This document shows positions 11,296 to 22,304 of a DNA stretch of 64,000 nt, in pieces. The notes beneath the pieces were generated by a model, which searched no databases, was not told where the DNA came from, and saw only the letters and a list, made by a program, of their open reading frames with translations. Each line of letters opens with the position of its first letter. Within the stretch, counting starts at the first letter, position 1. The translations under genes and the position numbers were made by a program. Source of the stretch: Pseudomonas phage vB_PaeP_TUMS_P10; sequence record OM782452.1; one strand, given 5' to 3'.

Positions 11296-14200
11296 TGGCT
11301 GACTTTGATCTCGATTCTTTCCTGGATGCGAGATTGGACGCGGAGGCTGGTACTGCACCAGCCTTCGATCCTTCTGCATTCGCTGATTTTGGCAACACCT
11401 TCCCCATGAAGGGAACCCAAAAGCAGTTCAACATCTACGAGATGGCAGAACAGAAGCGCCGGAACATCGAAGAGTCCTTGGTAGGCAAGCTGGGCATCAC
11501 TCCCGGTGCTACCGGTACTGGCCCAATCAACCTGGCTGCTTCCCTGGCTTCGGGTACTTCCCGTGTAGCCGGTCAACTGGTCAACCTGCCCCTGAACTTC
11601 GCTGCTCAGATGGGTCAAGCTGGTGTTTCCGAAGAAGCCATTCAGGCTTACAACCGGGAGATCACTGGTAACCCGCTGGAAGGTGACGATGCCATCCTGA
11701 ACCAGATCGCTGCTGGTGAAGACGGTGTTCAGCAAACCATGCGTGATCGCCTGATTGGTGTTCAGGGTCTTCGTGACGCCGGTAAGGCAGTACAGGACTT
11801 CTTCGACATCTCTTCGATTGTCGATACCACTGACCGTGACGCCATGAGTCGCGACATTGCTGAGCGTACCCAACAGGGTGTAGCTCTGCTGCGTGAATCT
11901 GGTGACCAACTGGAACGTGGTCAGATCCTGGATGCTCTGCTGTCCGGTGCTGCTGGTGCAACTCAGACCGTAGCCGGTGCTGTTGCTGGCACTGCCACCA
12001 ACCCCTCTGCTGTCACTGAGTACACCGTAGAGAACGCGCCTCAACTGGCAGCTGCTGCTGTGTCGGCACCTCTGGGTGTGGCCACCAACGTGGGCTACGC
12101 CGCTGATGAACTTCGTGAAGGCTATCGCGAATACGCTGAAGCCAACGATGGTCAACTGCCGGACCAAGAAGATCGCCTGAAGATGGGTGCCTTCGCTGCT
12201 TCCCTGGCAATGGCTGAACAAGTCGGCGACCTGAGCATGCTGCGGGGTATCCGTGGTGAGGCTGGTTTGCTCCGCTCGACTCTTTCCTCCAGTGCCCGTG
12301 AAGGTGTAACCGAAGGCTATCAAACCTACGGTGAAGCCCAGGTTCGACTGGACGATGCGAGCATCGAAGAGATCGTAGAAGGTGCAGCCATCGGTGCAGC
12401 TGTCGGTGGTTCCCTGAACATCGCTGGCCGTGCTGTACGTGGTGCATCCGGTGCCAAGTCCAAGGCTGAACAAGCCATCACTGACCGGGAAGCTGTAGCC
12501 ACTGCCCGTGAGACTGGTGACATTGCTGACCTGACCAACATCGAGTCGGAGAACTACAACCCGGCTGGTGCGGTGAGTGTGCTGCATGAGCAAGTCCTGA
12601 AGAACGACACTCCCGAAGTGCGTGAATCTGTCATTGCCCAGGCTGACACCATCGAACAGGAACTGGCTAAGCAGATCTCGGATATCGAAAGTGTCCAGGC
12701 TCTGGCCAGTGAAGAAGGTGTTGCTCGTCTGGTTGCTGCACGGGAACAACGTGAAGCTCAACTGGAACAAGCCACCCCGGAAGAGCGTACTCAGCTGGAA
12801 GCTCAGATCGAGTCGATCCGTAACCTGGAAGAAGAGGCTGCTGCCTACACTCCCGAACTGCGTGCTCAGGATGATGCAGAACTCAAGGATCTGAACCAAC
12901 GTCTGAAGGCTACTCGTGAAGCGATCCAGCGTCTGCATACCGATGCTGCGCCTACTGCTCCCGAGGTAGAAGAACTGGTTGCCCAGGCACCTACTTCTCC
13001 GGAAGCTGCTGAGCGTGTGATCACCCTGACCATGACCAACCCGGACAGTCTGAGCAACGAGCAGATTGCTTCCATAGTTTCGGACGAGTCCAATGGCTTG
13101 TCCCCGGAATACCGCACTGCACTCCGCAGCTTCGCTCAAGCCAAGGAAGCCATGGATGAACTGAAGGGTTTGTCCGGTGTTCGTACCGATATCGAAGTCG
13201 GTGGTGATGGTTTCAAGGGCATCCCTCAATACCGCAATGCTGTGCGTATGGCCCTGTCCAACGGGAACATCGAAGCTGCTACTGCTCAGGTAGACCAGCT
13301 GCGTGCCTTCGCAGATACCCGCCTGTCCAAGTTCGCTGCAATCAGCGATGCCTTCGACAAGGTGCAGGGTACCCAGGACTTCATCAACATCATCCCGAAC
13401 CAGGAAACTGGTGTGTGGGAAGTTGCTCCTGAAGGCATGACTCCCCGTCAGGTTCAGTCGGCCAAAGGGCTGCGTGTATTCGCCGGTTCTCAGAAGCTGC
13501 GTGATGCTGTAGCCATGGAAGCTACTGCCCTGGCACGTACTGCTGAATCCCTGCAAGCACTGATCAACGCCGGTCCTCTGACCAACGCTGTACAGGTTGC
13601 TCAAGAGCAAACCATTGCCCAGGAACAAGAAGTTGCTCCTGTAGCTGAAGAGGTGACCCCGGTAGCAGAGCCTACCGCTCAGGTATCCGAAGAGGCTGTT
13701 GCCCAGGAAGCTGAGACGGTCCAGGCGGAACCTGTTCCCGAGGTCGAAACTGGTGAACTGACTGCAATCCGTGAGGGTGCAGAAGTTCGTGGTAAGCCGC
13801 TGGCAAGCCAGGACTATCAGGACACCAACCTTGTTGGTGCGTTCTTCCAGCAATCGCCGGCCAAGCAAGAAGGTGACACCAAGAAGCCGCTGGCTTCGGT
13901 GAAGGACTTCGCTACTGCTGTCCGTACTGGTTCTGCCAAGCTGGCTGAGTTCGCTGGTGTTGAGTCCTTCACTGGTCAGCAACAGTCTGCCCTGAAGAAC
14001 TTCATGGGCTTCCAGCGTATGGCCAAGCCTCTGGTTGAAGCCAACCTGAAACAGTACGTCTCCAAGTCTGGCGATGCCAGCCGTTATCGTTTCCGGGACT
14101 ATGCTCAGTTCCTGGTGAACGCTGATGGCTCCCTTGATGAGAACGTCAGCACTGCTATCGCCTACGCTGCCTACGATTGGATCAACGATGCAGCTTCCAA

Positions 14201-17200
14201 CCTGGTGAACTCCGATGCAGGCATCAATGCCATTCTCGGTAAAGACGTCAGTGCCGAAGTATCTCCGGCTGCTTACGCTGCTCTGGCCACTGTTGGTGTT
14301 CGTCAGGCAACTGCTGCTGCTCAGCTGGGTGCCAAGGTACGAGAAGTCCTTGGTTTGGAAGTACTCCCCAATGCTCCTGTGAACGAGCAAGCCCGTCTCG
14401 AAGCATCCCTGGGTGAGCATGCTCTGCACCTGCTGGTGAAGAGTGGTGCTGCCAAGATCACCGCTATCAGTGATGCTCAGCTGAAGAACCTGATGGGTTC
14501 CCAGGAGAAGCCCAACGCGAAAGTCCAGCACTACTTCCTGACTCCGGTCAGCGAACGTGTGGACGGCAAGCTCCAGGCTGGTCCGCTGGCTCGCCGTGTG
14601 CGTGAAGCTACCATGGGAAGCCAGTCGATCCTGAACAAGCTGTTCGGTACGACTCCTGCCATGATCGAGCCGAGTTTCGAACCCATCGACTTCAAGCAGC
14701 GTAACGCCAAGCGTACTCAGCAGCCGATTAGTTCGGAGCAAGCACGCATCTTGGATAAGGCCGCGAAGCAAGCTCACACTCTGCGTCCTGAGATGTGGCA
14801 GGTATGGGGTAATCTCAGCCCTGAAGCTCTGGCTACCATTGCTGGTGCTGCCGATCTGGAAGGAACCAAGGTTCACAAGGCAAACCGTGCCGGTCTGCAA
14901 GCCAAGTCGGATGGACTGGTTCGCCAGATTCAGAACTTCGGTGACTTCTTCAACCGAATCAACGAAGTGTCCGATCTGGGTACTGAACAGCCTCTGTACT
15001 TCGACCGCTCTGTATGGAAGCCTCAGCGTGTTGGTTTGACCAGCAACCTGATCAACCCGCAGACCTCGAAGATCCACCGTCACATGCTGAAGATGGAAGG
15101 CTGGGAATCCGAGGTCAAACTCGATTCGAAAGCTGACCTGGACAACTTCAAGCTTCGCGTACTGGAGTCCTTCGGCAAGAAGACTGAAGCCACCAACACC
15201 GACAAGGTACTGGCCAAGTACGATGCTACTGTGAACACCCCGGCAATTCAGGGTGGTGTAGCTGCACTGGCTGAGATCCTCCGTGGTGATGCAAGCGATA
15301 CGGTCGCCAACGAATCGGCGATTCTGGCTGCTGTTGCTGAAGCTGGTGAGAACTTCTTCAGCCTGGATGGTTTGGTAGCTCTGGCTCAAGAGAAGATCGC
15401 CCGTGAAGACGGTGCTGCTTCCTTCAAGACCACTCTGCTGGGTGAAGTGGACGGCGTAACCAACGGTCCGATGCTGTCGCTGCTCATGTCCGGTGCCAAG
15501 GGTTTCGAAACCCTGAACCAGGGTGGCTTCTTTAGCCAGACCGATGGTTTCCAGCAGTTCAACGACTTCCACGCTGAAGCCGGTAACCTGGACCTGTACG
15601 AAGGCACCATCAAAGCTGTCCTGGATATCCTGGGCAACAACCCGCTGCTGTCCGCTATCGAAGCCATCACTGGTGAACTGAGCACGGATGACGGCAACGT
15701 ATCGTCCAAGGGCCGTAAGGTAATCAAGCAGCCCCTGACCGCAATGATGTTTGGTTCGAACACCAAGACTGCGGTAGACGGTATGGCTGATGGCTTCATC
15801 GAAACCATCTACAGCAAGATCGAAGACGCTGCCAATGCCAATGATCTGGACTCTCTGCGTAAGACCATCAATGCTGTAAACCAGCTGATGATCGGCACCA
15901 ATGCACAGAAGTGGCCGACCGACATGGGCTTCGAAGCTGCCCTGGATACCACCTTTGATGCCCGTCAGGTAGCTGCTCTGAAGAACAGCTTCTACCAACT
16001 GCTGGGCAAGAAAGTGGAAGAGGCACTGAACGACACTTATGCTGAGTTCATCAGCCGTCGTGATGTCATCAACAAGACCGCCAACATGGCGTTCCAGATG
16101 TACGAAGCTGCCTTCCAAGCCAAGCGTGAGCAGATGCTGAAGACTGCTGACCTGCCTCGTGGCAAGGATGGCCAGCCGTACACCGACTTGACCCGTGAGC
16201 AAATCGAGCAGATCCGCAAGGAACTGAAGCCGATGGAACCGATCCTGCACACTGCTTTCTCGAAAGCCAGTGGTGAACTGGATGCCGGTATGCTCATGGC
16301 CAAGACCCGTCGTGAACTCAACGACACTCCGCTGTACCGCAGTGAAGTTCACTTCGCTGAACCGCTGGAGTTCCTGGATAGCGACGGTCGCAAACGTGCG
16401 GTCAACTCGATGAAAGCCAGTGGCATGACCACGGTCAACGAAGGTCCGGGTGTAGCTCCGTTCATCACGGCTACCCACGCACTGGACTCCTTCATCAGCC
16501 ACAATGCCTTGGATGGTGCCAGCGTCCTGAACATCCACGATGCTCACGGTACTGGTTTGTCCGACATGGCAGAAGCTGGCCGCCGTCTGAACGAAGCTAC
16601 CTTCAAGGCTATGCTGGGTTACTCGGCTGCAAGCGAGATGGTTGACACCTTCGAACGTACTCTGGCTGGCTTCAACAATCTGATGACCGATCCCGAAGCT
16701 GCTGCTGTCATGGCTCCCATGATGCAGAAGTACCTGGAAAGCCAGAAGGCTACTGTTGGCCAACAGCTGGAAGCGATCCGCCGTGTGGCTGAAGCCGCTG
16801 ACACCGACAAGCTCACCATGCTGAGCGAGATGGCTGCCGTCGGCCAGTACGCTACCGAAGGTGGTAGCTACCTGGTAACCGATGCTGACCGCAAGGCTGC
16901 TCAGGATGCCCTGAAACAGGTAGGCAAGTTCAACGAGGAAGCCGAGATCTGGGCTGAGAACGTTGATGCCAATCTGGAAGTCATGGCTTCGGAAGCCAAG
17001 GCAGGTAAGGCCAAGCCTCTGTCTTCGGATTCCGTCCAGACTCTGGCTCCGGCTACCAGCCTGAACACCATGGACCGCGTTATCCGCGAATCCAATGGCC
17101 AGCTGCGGGAAGACCTCCAGCAGGTAGCTTCGGTCATGGAAAACCAGAACATTCCTCTGGCTTCGGCCAAAGAAGTTCTTCCGGAAGACCGTGCAGCTGC

Positions 17201-20200
17201 TGTGGTGGCCACCATCAATGAAAGCACCCGTAGCCTGAAGTCGGTATGGGGCGAACTCGGTCAGGCTGTAACTCCTTCGGAGCAAGACCTCGTTGAGTTC
17301 CTGTCGAGCGAAGGTGTGACTGCACGCAACCTGTCCCAGTACCTGGAGCAACGTACCCAGGATGGCTTCACCAAGAAGCTACTGGCTGCCCTGAGCCGAC
17401 TGACCCGTGAAGATCTGCCGGTGATTATAGTCACCCCCCAGACCGGTCCGGACGGTGCGCTGGGAGAAGGCGTGAGCAAAGCACGCGGTTGGTATGCAAG
17501 TAAGGGCAACTTCGACGCTATCTACGTCAAGTCCCCTGACTTCGTGGAGTCGGGTATCACTGAAGAGTTTCTGGTTCATGAACTGCTCCATACCGTTACT
17601 GGTCGGGTGATTCAACGTGAACTGGATGCCAAGGCCAAAGACCCGAGCCACAACACTGCTGCAAGCCGCATGGTTGACGAACTGGAAGAGATTCGTTCGA
17701 AGGCTCAGGACTTCCTGAATGCCAATGGAACTCTGTCTTCGAAGTACGCCAATGCTGTGCAGGACGTACACGAACTGGTTTCCTGGGGTATGACCAACAA
17801 GGGTTTCCAAGAGGAAGTTCTGAAGGGTCTGGAACTCCCGGCCAAGGGACGTGACAAGGGCTTCACTGCTGGTCTGCGTCGCTTCATCAGTGCCCTTACT
17901 GGTTTGGTCTTCCGTGGTGAGAACACCCCGTCGAATCAGAACGCCATGGGTCTGCTTATCAGCAATACCGCTGGTTTGTTCGCCGAAGCTCAAGCCATGA
18001 TGGCCAAGAAGGACACCATGACTCTGCGTTACGAAGATGCCGTAGACAGCGTGAACCGCATGTCCACCAAGCAAATCTTCAATGCACTGGCTTCGAACCG
18101 GGACAGCAGTGTTGCTCACCAGAACCGTCTGGCTGATGCCCTGGACAACATTGTTGCGGCCCTACATGGACCGATGGGTGCCCTGCGTACTCGCGTCATG
18201 GAAGGCCAGGCTCTGACCAACACCGATGTTGTGATCAAAGCCATGAACACCAACACCATGCCGTTTGCATCGGAAGCTCTGTCGTCCGCCTTCGTGGTCA
18301 GCGATCAAGAAGCCTTCGTGCTGGAGCAGGTAGAGGCCACCATCGACACCGCTCTGAACGGTAACGAGGGTCTGTTCATCCGTGGTTCTCTGGAGAACCT
18401 GTGGCGTGAGGCTCGCGATACCCTGTCGGCTCGTGACTTCCACCAGGGTGACTGGACTCAAGCCAGCCAGCAGGAGAAGGCCATTGCTCAAGAGAAGTAC
18501 GACTTCCTGTTCAAGGTCCAGGCATCTGCTGCTGGTAAGAACAGCTTCCTGGCTCGCTTTGCTGGTTTGGCCATCGGCAGTGAAGAAGTGTTCAATGCCC
18601 TGGGCTTCCGATCGAAGAGCACTGAGCGTGCGCTTGCTGGCATGACCCTAAGCCAGAAGGTGATGGAACTGTTCCGTCGTCTGCTGACCCGTCTGGGCCG
18701 TCTGCACGACAAGACCTCTCCGGGTGAACTGGCGAACAACCGCTTGGTTACCCTGCTGGATCGTCTGGTCGATATCGAGGCTAAGCGTCGTGGTCGGTTT
18801 GCCGAGCGCAAGCTGGGTGCCCTGGATCAAGTCGAACAAGCCATGGGTAACATGGGTGAGTCCCTGCGGAACACCATAGAGCAAGCCTCGCAGAGCACCT
18901 TCTTCACGAACAACAACAGCCCGTTCATCCGTGCTGCTGGTTCGCTGATTGAGACGACCATGGCTGGTCGTGTGGATGGTGTACTGGAAGGCATCAGCCG
19001 ACTGCGTGACGATGCATTCCGTAAGCCGCGTGGTGTGCTTATGGGTGTGCTGGATGAGATGCGTGGCGTCACCGATCTGATGACTGCTGCACACAGCCTG
19101 TTCAAGCAAGCCAAGTCCAACGAGATGGAGCGTAAGCAGCACATCGAGTACACCGTTGCTCAGGTGAACGCTTCCTTCAAGGATGGCGGTGAGTACCTGA
19201 CCAACAAGGACAAGGCTGCACTGACCAAGGTATTCCTGCGGACCAACATGTCTGCACTGCTGGATACCTATGGTTTCGACGGTCTGCGTCAACTGCTGAA
19301 CAACGACAGTGAACTGCGTAAAGAGCGCAGCCAGCTGGAGACTCAGTTGCTTGGTTTGAAGAACGGTGCCTACTACCTTCGCTCGGTGAAGGATCTAGCC
19401 TACAACCGTGCTATCGGCGGTAACGTAAGCCCGAACCTGATGCTGAACACTCAGAACATTGCTGATCTGATTGGGACCAAGAAGGCTCTGTCGGTCAGCA
19501 AGTCTGAAGCCAAGGCTGCCAAGGAAGTAATGGATCTCCTGTTGCCGATGTTTACCTTCGAGTACACCAGTCATGAAGACAAGGTTGCTGCTCGTGAGGT
19601 TCTGCGTACTGAAGCTGCACGCGGAAAGGACAACGGCGTAGAGATGATCCTGAAGCTGCACAAAGGTCTGCAAGATCGTTCGAAGTCCTTCCTGTTCGAA
19701 GGTACTGAGCGTCTGATGATCGATGGCTACACCCCTGACATCTTCGACAACAAGATCGAAGTGCTGGCAGTGGATGCAACCGATCTGGACTACTTCCTGA
19801 AGCGTGGTTACACCCGTGCAGGTAACGTCCAAGAAGACAAAGCAGCTGGTCTGTCCGCTGGTAAGGTACTGGTATCCCGCCGTGGTAGTGGTCAGGTAGG
19901 TTTGCTGACTGGTGCTATGAGCTACACCGGTATGCAAGCCAAGGGTTCCCGTGTTGAGCGCTCTGCTGTGAACATGCTGAGCAACAATCCGGGTACTGCG
20001 AAGAACACCATCGGAACCATCCGCAAGAACATTGCAGACTCGGTTGATGAGATGTTCACCACCGATGCTACCTACGATCCGCGTAAAGCACAGGCACAAC
20101 GTGTTGCTCCTGTACTGGATCCGAATGGAATCATTGTTGATTACCGGTACATGATGACTGAGCACAACCGTGACAGTCTCCTGAACCGCGACAACTCCAT

Positions 20201-21506
20201 GGACCAGGTACTGGGTACTCTGGCTGGTCAGATCGTGGACAAGGTGTCTTCGCATCAGCAGAACGTGGACGTAGTTCGTTCCATGTACGAGCAGTTCCGT
20301 GAGGACTACTCCAACCGCCCGAGCAGCTACATCAAAGTAGGCAAGGACAGCACTGAACCTCACTTGCAGGAACTCTACAACCTGTTGCCCTATGCAACTA
20401 AGCGTGAGATCCGCAATGTGTGGAAGTCGGACAACATGATGATCCCGGCTGACCAACTGAACATGATCATGGGTTACCGTAAGGCATCCGTAACTGGTCC
20501 GTTTGGTTTGGATCCGCAGGAACGTAACGTTGCCCAGCAGGTTCTGGTAACTGTAGCTGAAGCAATCCTGGGTCCGAAGGCTGCACTGCGTCTTGGCCGT
20601 GCTGAAGACGTGATTCAGGAACTGGTACGTGAAGCCAAGGACATTCTGGTTGTGAAGAACATCTTCACTCTGGTGGGCAACATCGTATCGAACATGACGT
20701 TGCTGGCTTGGAGCGGTGTTGGTATTGCCGATGCAGTACGTGCGCATGCAACTGGCATTAAGGGTGCCTTGCAGTATCGGGCAGACAACAAGCGTCTGAT
20801 CCAACTGGTGCAAGCCAAGGAAATTGGGTATGTGCCGGAAGGCGTTGCGTCGATTGACGATGAGATTGTTGTGCTGCGTGATCGCATTGCACGTAACCCC
20901 ATCAAGCCGTTGATTGACGCTGGTCTGATGCCGACCATTGTGGAAGACGTTGAAGCTGATGACAGTCAATACAGCTACAAGTCTTTGCTGCAACAGAAGA
21001 CCGAACGAGTAACCAGTAAGCTTCCGAAACTGGTGCGTGATGCGGCTAAGTTCGTGTACGTGGCTCATGACACGTCCATGTACAAGTTCCTGTCGCAAAC
21101 CACTCAGCTGAGTGACTTGGTTGCCCGTTACACTCTGTACGAGCATCTGATCAACCGCGCTCGTGATCCGCTGAGCAAGGCTGATGCACTGAAGCAAGCA
21201 GAAGAAAGCTTCGTGAATTACGACATCCCATCCCATCGGATGGTCCAGTATCTCAACGACACTGGTTTGTTGATGTTCACCAAGTACTATCTGCGGATTC
21301 AGAAGGTGATTGCACGACTGGTCAAAGAGAAGCCTGCCCGTGGTCTGGCACTGGTAGTGGCCAACCATTTCGTCAGTGGTTTGCAATCTGTGATGGACAG
21401 CAGCTGGATTAACCGGATTGGGCACAACCCATTCCAGAGTGGTCCGTTTGCTTTCCCGAGCAGTCTGAGTGAACTGCCTGCGATCAAAGGTTTGTTCAAC
21501 CTTTAA
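11295..21506 (+). CDS. virion-encapsidated RNA polymerase (N4 gp50-like vRNAP)
   Basis: 3403-aa single ORF. Central region carries T7-like motif B (RKVIKQPLTAMMFGS, ~nt 15715) and motif C (NIHDAHGT, ~nt 16531). AAGGAA RBS. Giant size and position match N4-like vRNAP. Confidence 0.85.
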   Translation: MADFDLDSFLDARLDAEAGTAPAFDPSAFADFGNTFPMKGTQKQFNIYEMAEQKRRNIEESLVGKLGITPGATGTGPINLAASLASGTSRVAGQLVNLPLNFAAQMGQAGVSEEAIQAYNREITGNPLEGDDAILNQIAAGEDGVQQTMRDRLIGVQGLRDAGKAVQDFFDISSIVDTTDRDAMSRDIAERTQQGVALLRESGDQLERGQILDALLSGAAGATQTVAGAVAGTATNPSAVTEYTVENAPQLAAAAVSAPLGVATNVGYAADELREGYREYAEANDGQLPDQEDRLKMGAFAASLAMAEQVGDLSMLRGIRGEAGLLRSTLSSSAREGVTEGYQTYGEAQVRLDDASIEEIVEGAAIGAAVGGSLNIAGRAVRGASGAKSKAEQAITDREAVATARETGDIADLTNIESENYNPAGAVSVLHEQVLKNDTPEVRESVIAQADTIEQELAKQISDIESVQALASEEGVARLVAAREQREAQLEQATPEERTQLEAQIESIRNLEEEAAAYTPELRAQDDAELKDLNQRLKATREAIQRLHTDAAPTAPEVEELVAQAPTSPEAAERVITLTMTNPDSLSNEQIASIVSDESNGLSPEYRTALRSFAQAKEAMDELKGLSGVRTDIEVGGDGFKGIPQYRNAVRMALSNGNIEAATAQVDQLRAFADTRLSKFAAISDAFDKVQGTQDFINIIPNQETGVWEVAPEGMTPRQVQSAKGLRVFAGSQKLRDAVAMEATALARTAESLQALINAGPLTNAVQVAQEQTIAQEQEVAPVAEEVTPVAEPTAQVSEEAVAQEAETVQAEPVPEVETGELTAIREGAEVRGKPLASQDYQDTNLVGAFFQQSPAKQEGDTKKPLASVKDFATAVRTGSAKLAEFAGVESFTGQQQSALKNFMGFQRMAKPLVEANLKQYVSKSGDASRYRFRDYAQFLVNADGSLDENVSTAIAYAAYDWINDAASNLVNSDAGINAILGKDVSAEVSPAAYAALATVGVRQATAAAQLGAKVREVLGLEVLPNAPVNEQARLEASLGEHALHLLVKSGAAKITAISDAQLKNLMGSQEKPNAKVQHYFLTPVSERVDGKLQAGPLARRVREATMGSQSILNKLFGTTPAMIEPSFEPIDFKQRNAKRTQQPISSEQARILDKAAKQAHTLRPEMWQVWGNLSPEALATIAGAADLEGTKVHKANRAGLQAKSDGLVRQIQNFGDFFNRINEVSDLGTEQPLYFDRSVWKPQRVGLTSNLINPQTSKIHRHMLKMEGWESEVKLDSKADLDNFKLRVLESFGKKTEATNTDKVLAKYDATVNTPAIQGGVAALAEILRGDASDTVANESAILAAVAEAGENFFSLDGLVALAQEKIAREDGAASFKTTLLGEVDGVTNGPMLSLLMSGAKGFETLNQGGFFSQTDGFQQFNDFHAEAGNLDLYEGTIKAVLDILGNNPLLSAIEAITGELSTDDGNVSSKGRKVIKQPLTAMMFGSNTKTAVDGMADGFIETIYSKIEDAANANDLDSLRKTINAVNQLMIGTNAQKWPTDMGFEAALDTTFDARQVAALKNSFYQLLGKKVEEALNDTYAEFISRRDVINKTANMAFQMYEAAFQAKREQMLKTADLPRGKDGQPYTDLTREQIEQIRKELKPMEPILHTAFSKASGELDAGMLMAKTRRELNDTPLYRSEVHFAEPLEFLDSDGRKRAVNSMKASGMTTVNEGPGVAPFITATHALDSFISHNALDGASVLNIHDAHGTGLSDMAEAGRRLNEATFKAMLGYSAASEMVDTFERTLAGFNNLMTDPEAAAVMAPMMQKYLESQKATVGQQLEAIRRVAEAADTDKLTMLSEMAAVGQYATEGGSYLVTDADRKAAQDALKQVGKFNEEAEIWAENVDANLEVMASEAKAGKAKPLSSDSVQTLAPATSLNTMDRVIRESNGQLREDLQQVASVMENQNIPLASAKEVLPEDRAAAVVATINESTRSLKSVWGELGQAVTPSEQDLVEFLSSEGVTARNLSQYLEQRTQDGFTKKLLAALSRLTREDLPVIIVTPQTGPDGALGEGVSKARGWYASKGNFDAIYVKSPDFVESGITEEFLVHELLHTVTGRVIQRELDAKAKDPSHNTAASRMVDELEEIRSKAQDFLNANGTLSSKYANAVQDVHELVSWGMTNKGFQEEVLKGLELPAKGRDKGFTAGLRRFISALTGLVFRGENTPSNQNAMGLLISNTAGLFAEAQAMMAKKDTMTLRYEDAVDSVNRMSTKQIFNALASNRDSSVAHQNRLADALDNIVAALHGPMGALRTRVMEGQALTNTDVVIKAMNTNTMPFASEALSSAFVVSDQEAFVLEQVEATIDTALNGNEGLFIRGSLENLWREARDTLSARDFHQGDWTQASQQEKAIAQEKYDFLFKVQASAAGKNSFLARFAGLAIGSEEVFNALGFRSKSTERALAGMTLSQKVMELFRRLLTRLGRLHDKTSPGELANNRLVTLLDRLVDIEAKRRGRFAERKLGALDQVEQAMGNMGESLRNTIEQASQSTFFTNNNSPFIRAAGSLIETTMAGRVDGVLEGISRLRDDAFRKPRGVLMGVLDEMRGVTDLMTAAHSLFKQAKSNEMERKQHIEYTVAQVNASFKDGGEYLTNKDKAALTKVFLRTNMSALLDTYGFDGLRQLLNNDSELRKERSQLETQLLGLKNGAYYLRSVKDLAYNRAIGGNVSPNLMLNTQNIADLIGTKKALSVSKSEAKAAKEVMDLLLPMFTFEYTSHEDKVAAREVLRTEAARGKDNGVEMILKLHKGLQDRSKSFLFEGTERLMIDGYTPDIFDNKIEVLAVDATDLDYFLKRGYTRAGNVQEDKAAGLSAGKVLVSRRGSGQVGLLTGAMSYTGMQAKGSRVERSAVNMLSNNPGTAKNTIGTIRKNIADSVDEMFTTDATYDPRKAQAQRVAPVLDPNGIIVDYRYMMTEHNRDSLLNRDNSMDQVLGTLAGQIVDKVSSHQQNVDVVRSMYEQFREDYSNRPSSYIKVGKDSTEPHLQELYNLLPYATKREIRNVWKSDNMMIPADQLNMIMGYRKASVTGPFGLDPQERNVAQQVLVTVAEAILGPKAALRLGRAEDVIQELVREAKDILVVKNIFTLVGNIVSNMTLLAWSGVGIADAVRAHATGIKGALQYRADNKRLIQLVQAKEIGYVPEGVASIDDEIVVLRDRIARNPIKPLIDAGLMPTIVEDVEADDSQYSYKSLLQQKTERVTSKLPKLVRDAAKFVYVAHDTSMYKFLSQTTQLSDLVARYTLYEHLINRARDPLSKADALKQAEESFVNYDIPSHRMVQYLNDTGLLMFTKYYLRIQKVIARLVKEKPARGLALVVANHFVSGLQSVMDSSWINRIGHNPFQSGPFAFPSSLSELPAIKGLFNL

Positions 21507-21512
21507 AGAAGA

Positions 21513-21540
21513 AGGGGAGCTAATGCTCCCCTTTCTTTTT
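21513..21540. terminator. bidirectional intrinsic terminator between convergent vRNAP and minus-strand block
   Basis: AGGGGAGC-TAAT-GCTCCCCT hairpin with a T-rich run on both strands. Confidence 0.75.
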
Positions 21541-21717
21541 GAATGCGTTTGCCAGGATCTCCCAGAAGAGGACTCCTATCAAACAGAGGACTATGGCTAC
21601 TGCAAACAGGAATCCAATGATCCTGAAGACCCATGAGGCAACGTAAACGACGAATGCCCCTCCTACGATCATGCCGAAGAAGAGGCAGACGCCGACGAAT
21701 ACCTTTAGGGCATCCAT
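21520..21717 (-). CDS. small membrane protein
   Basis: 65 aa with two hydrophobic helices, AGGAGG RBS. Confidence 0.5.
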   Translation of the reverse strand: MDALKVFVGVCLFFGMIVGGAFVVYVASWVFRIIGFLFAVAIVLCLIGVLFWEILANAFKKKGEH

Positions 21718-21729
21718 CGGGCCTCCTGG

Positions 21730-22074
21730 TTAACGCTGAGCCATGAGTGGCATGCCTTGCTGCATCACTTCCATCATGTGCCCCTGGTCGCCGGCAGCGG
21801 ATGCACGGGACATGAGGAACGGGATGTTGAGGTTCTGCGGGTAGTGACCGATGTCACTGCGGCAGAGGATGCCGCCCGGCATGGAGAAGGCGTAGTAGTA
21901 GGGCAGTTCGTGGGCCAGGCAAGCCTTGTCCAGTTTCTCCAGAAGTTCGGTGACTTCCTGCGGCAACTGGTTGGGGAATTCCAGGTTCGCACGGGTGTGC
22001 TGCTTCTTGTCCACGGCGATAGCCTGGACAACATCACCTACGCCGAAACGGTCATGGGGCAGACGATCACTCAC
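21730..22074 (-). CDS. hypothetical protein
   Basis: 114-aa ORF. GTG start at 22074 with a weak RBS, so the start is uncertain. Confidence 0.35.
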   Translation of the reverse strand: MSDRLPHDRFGVGDVVQAIAVDKKQHTRANLEFPNQLPQEVTELLEKLDKACLAHELPYYYAFSMPGGILCRSDIGHYPQNLNIPFLMSRASAAGDQGHMMEVMQQGMPLMAQR

Positions 22075-22267
22075 TGGCTTTACTCGTCACTTCTTTCAGG
22101 TGATCGACGACCAGGGTGGTGTCCATCTTGGCGACTTCGACCAGGCCGGCGGTGATGGCGTCGAGGGCGGTTTCCATGTTCTTGCGGCTAATGCCGCTCA
22201 GACTGCCGTTGGTCAGGATGTTGGCCAGACTCTGGGCGGATTCCAAGAGTGCATTGGTATGTTCCAT
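22067..22267 (-). CDS. hypothetical protein (start re-assigned)
   Basis: The ORF-track start at 22396 lies inside a 12-bp stem hairpin. AAGGAG sits 7 nt before the ATG at 22267, giving a 66-aa product. Confidence 0.45.
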   Translation of the reverse strand: MEHTNALLESAQSLANILTNGSLSGISRKNMETALDAITAGLVEVAKMDTTLVVDHLKEVTSKASE

Positions 22268-22304
22268 GGGGAACTCCTTGGTTTGAATATTTCGGGGTAA
22301 GGGT

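Noticed and set aside
11205-17351. 2048-aa ORF on the minus strand, antisense to the vRNAP gene
   Set aside because: It lies fully within the 3403-aa plus-strand ORF, which has T7-like polymerase motifs, an RBS and a terminator. The antisense product is low-complexity (S/L/G/V/T-rich) with no start context. Long antisense ORFs are expected opposite GC3-rich genes. The same applies to 17379-18119, 18648-19292 and 19395-21425 on the minus strand.
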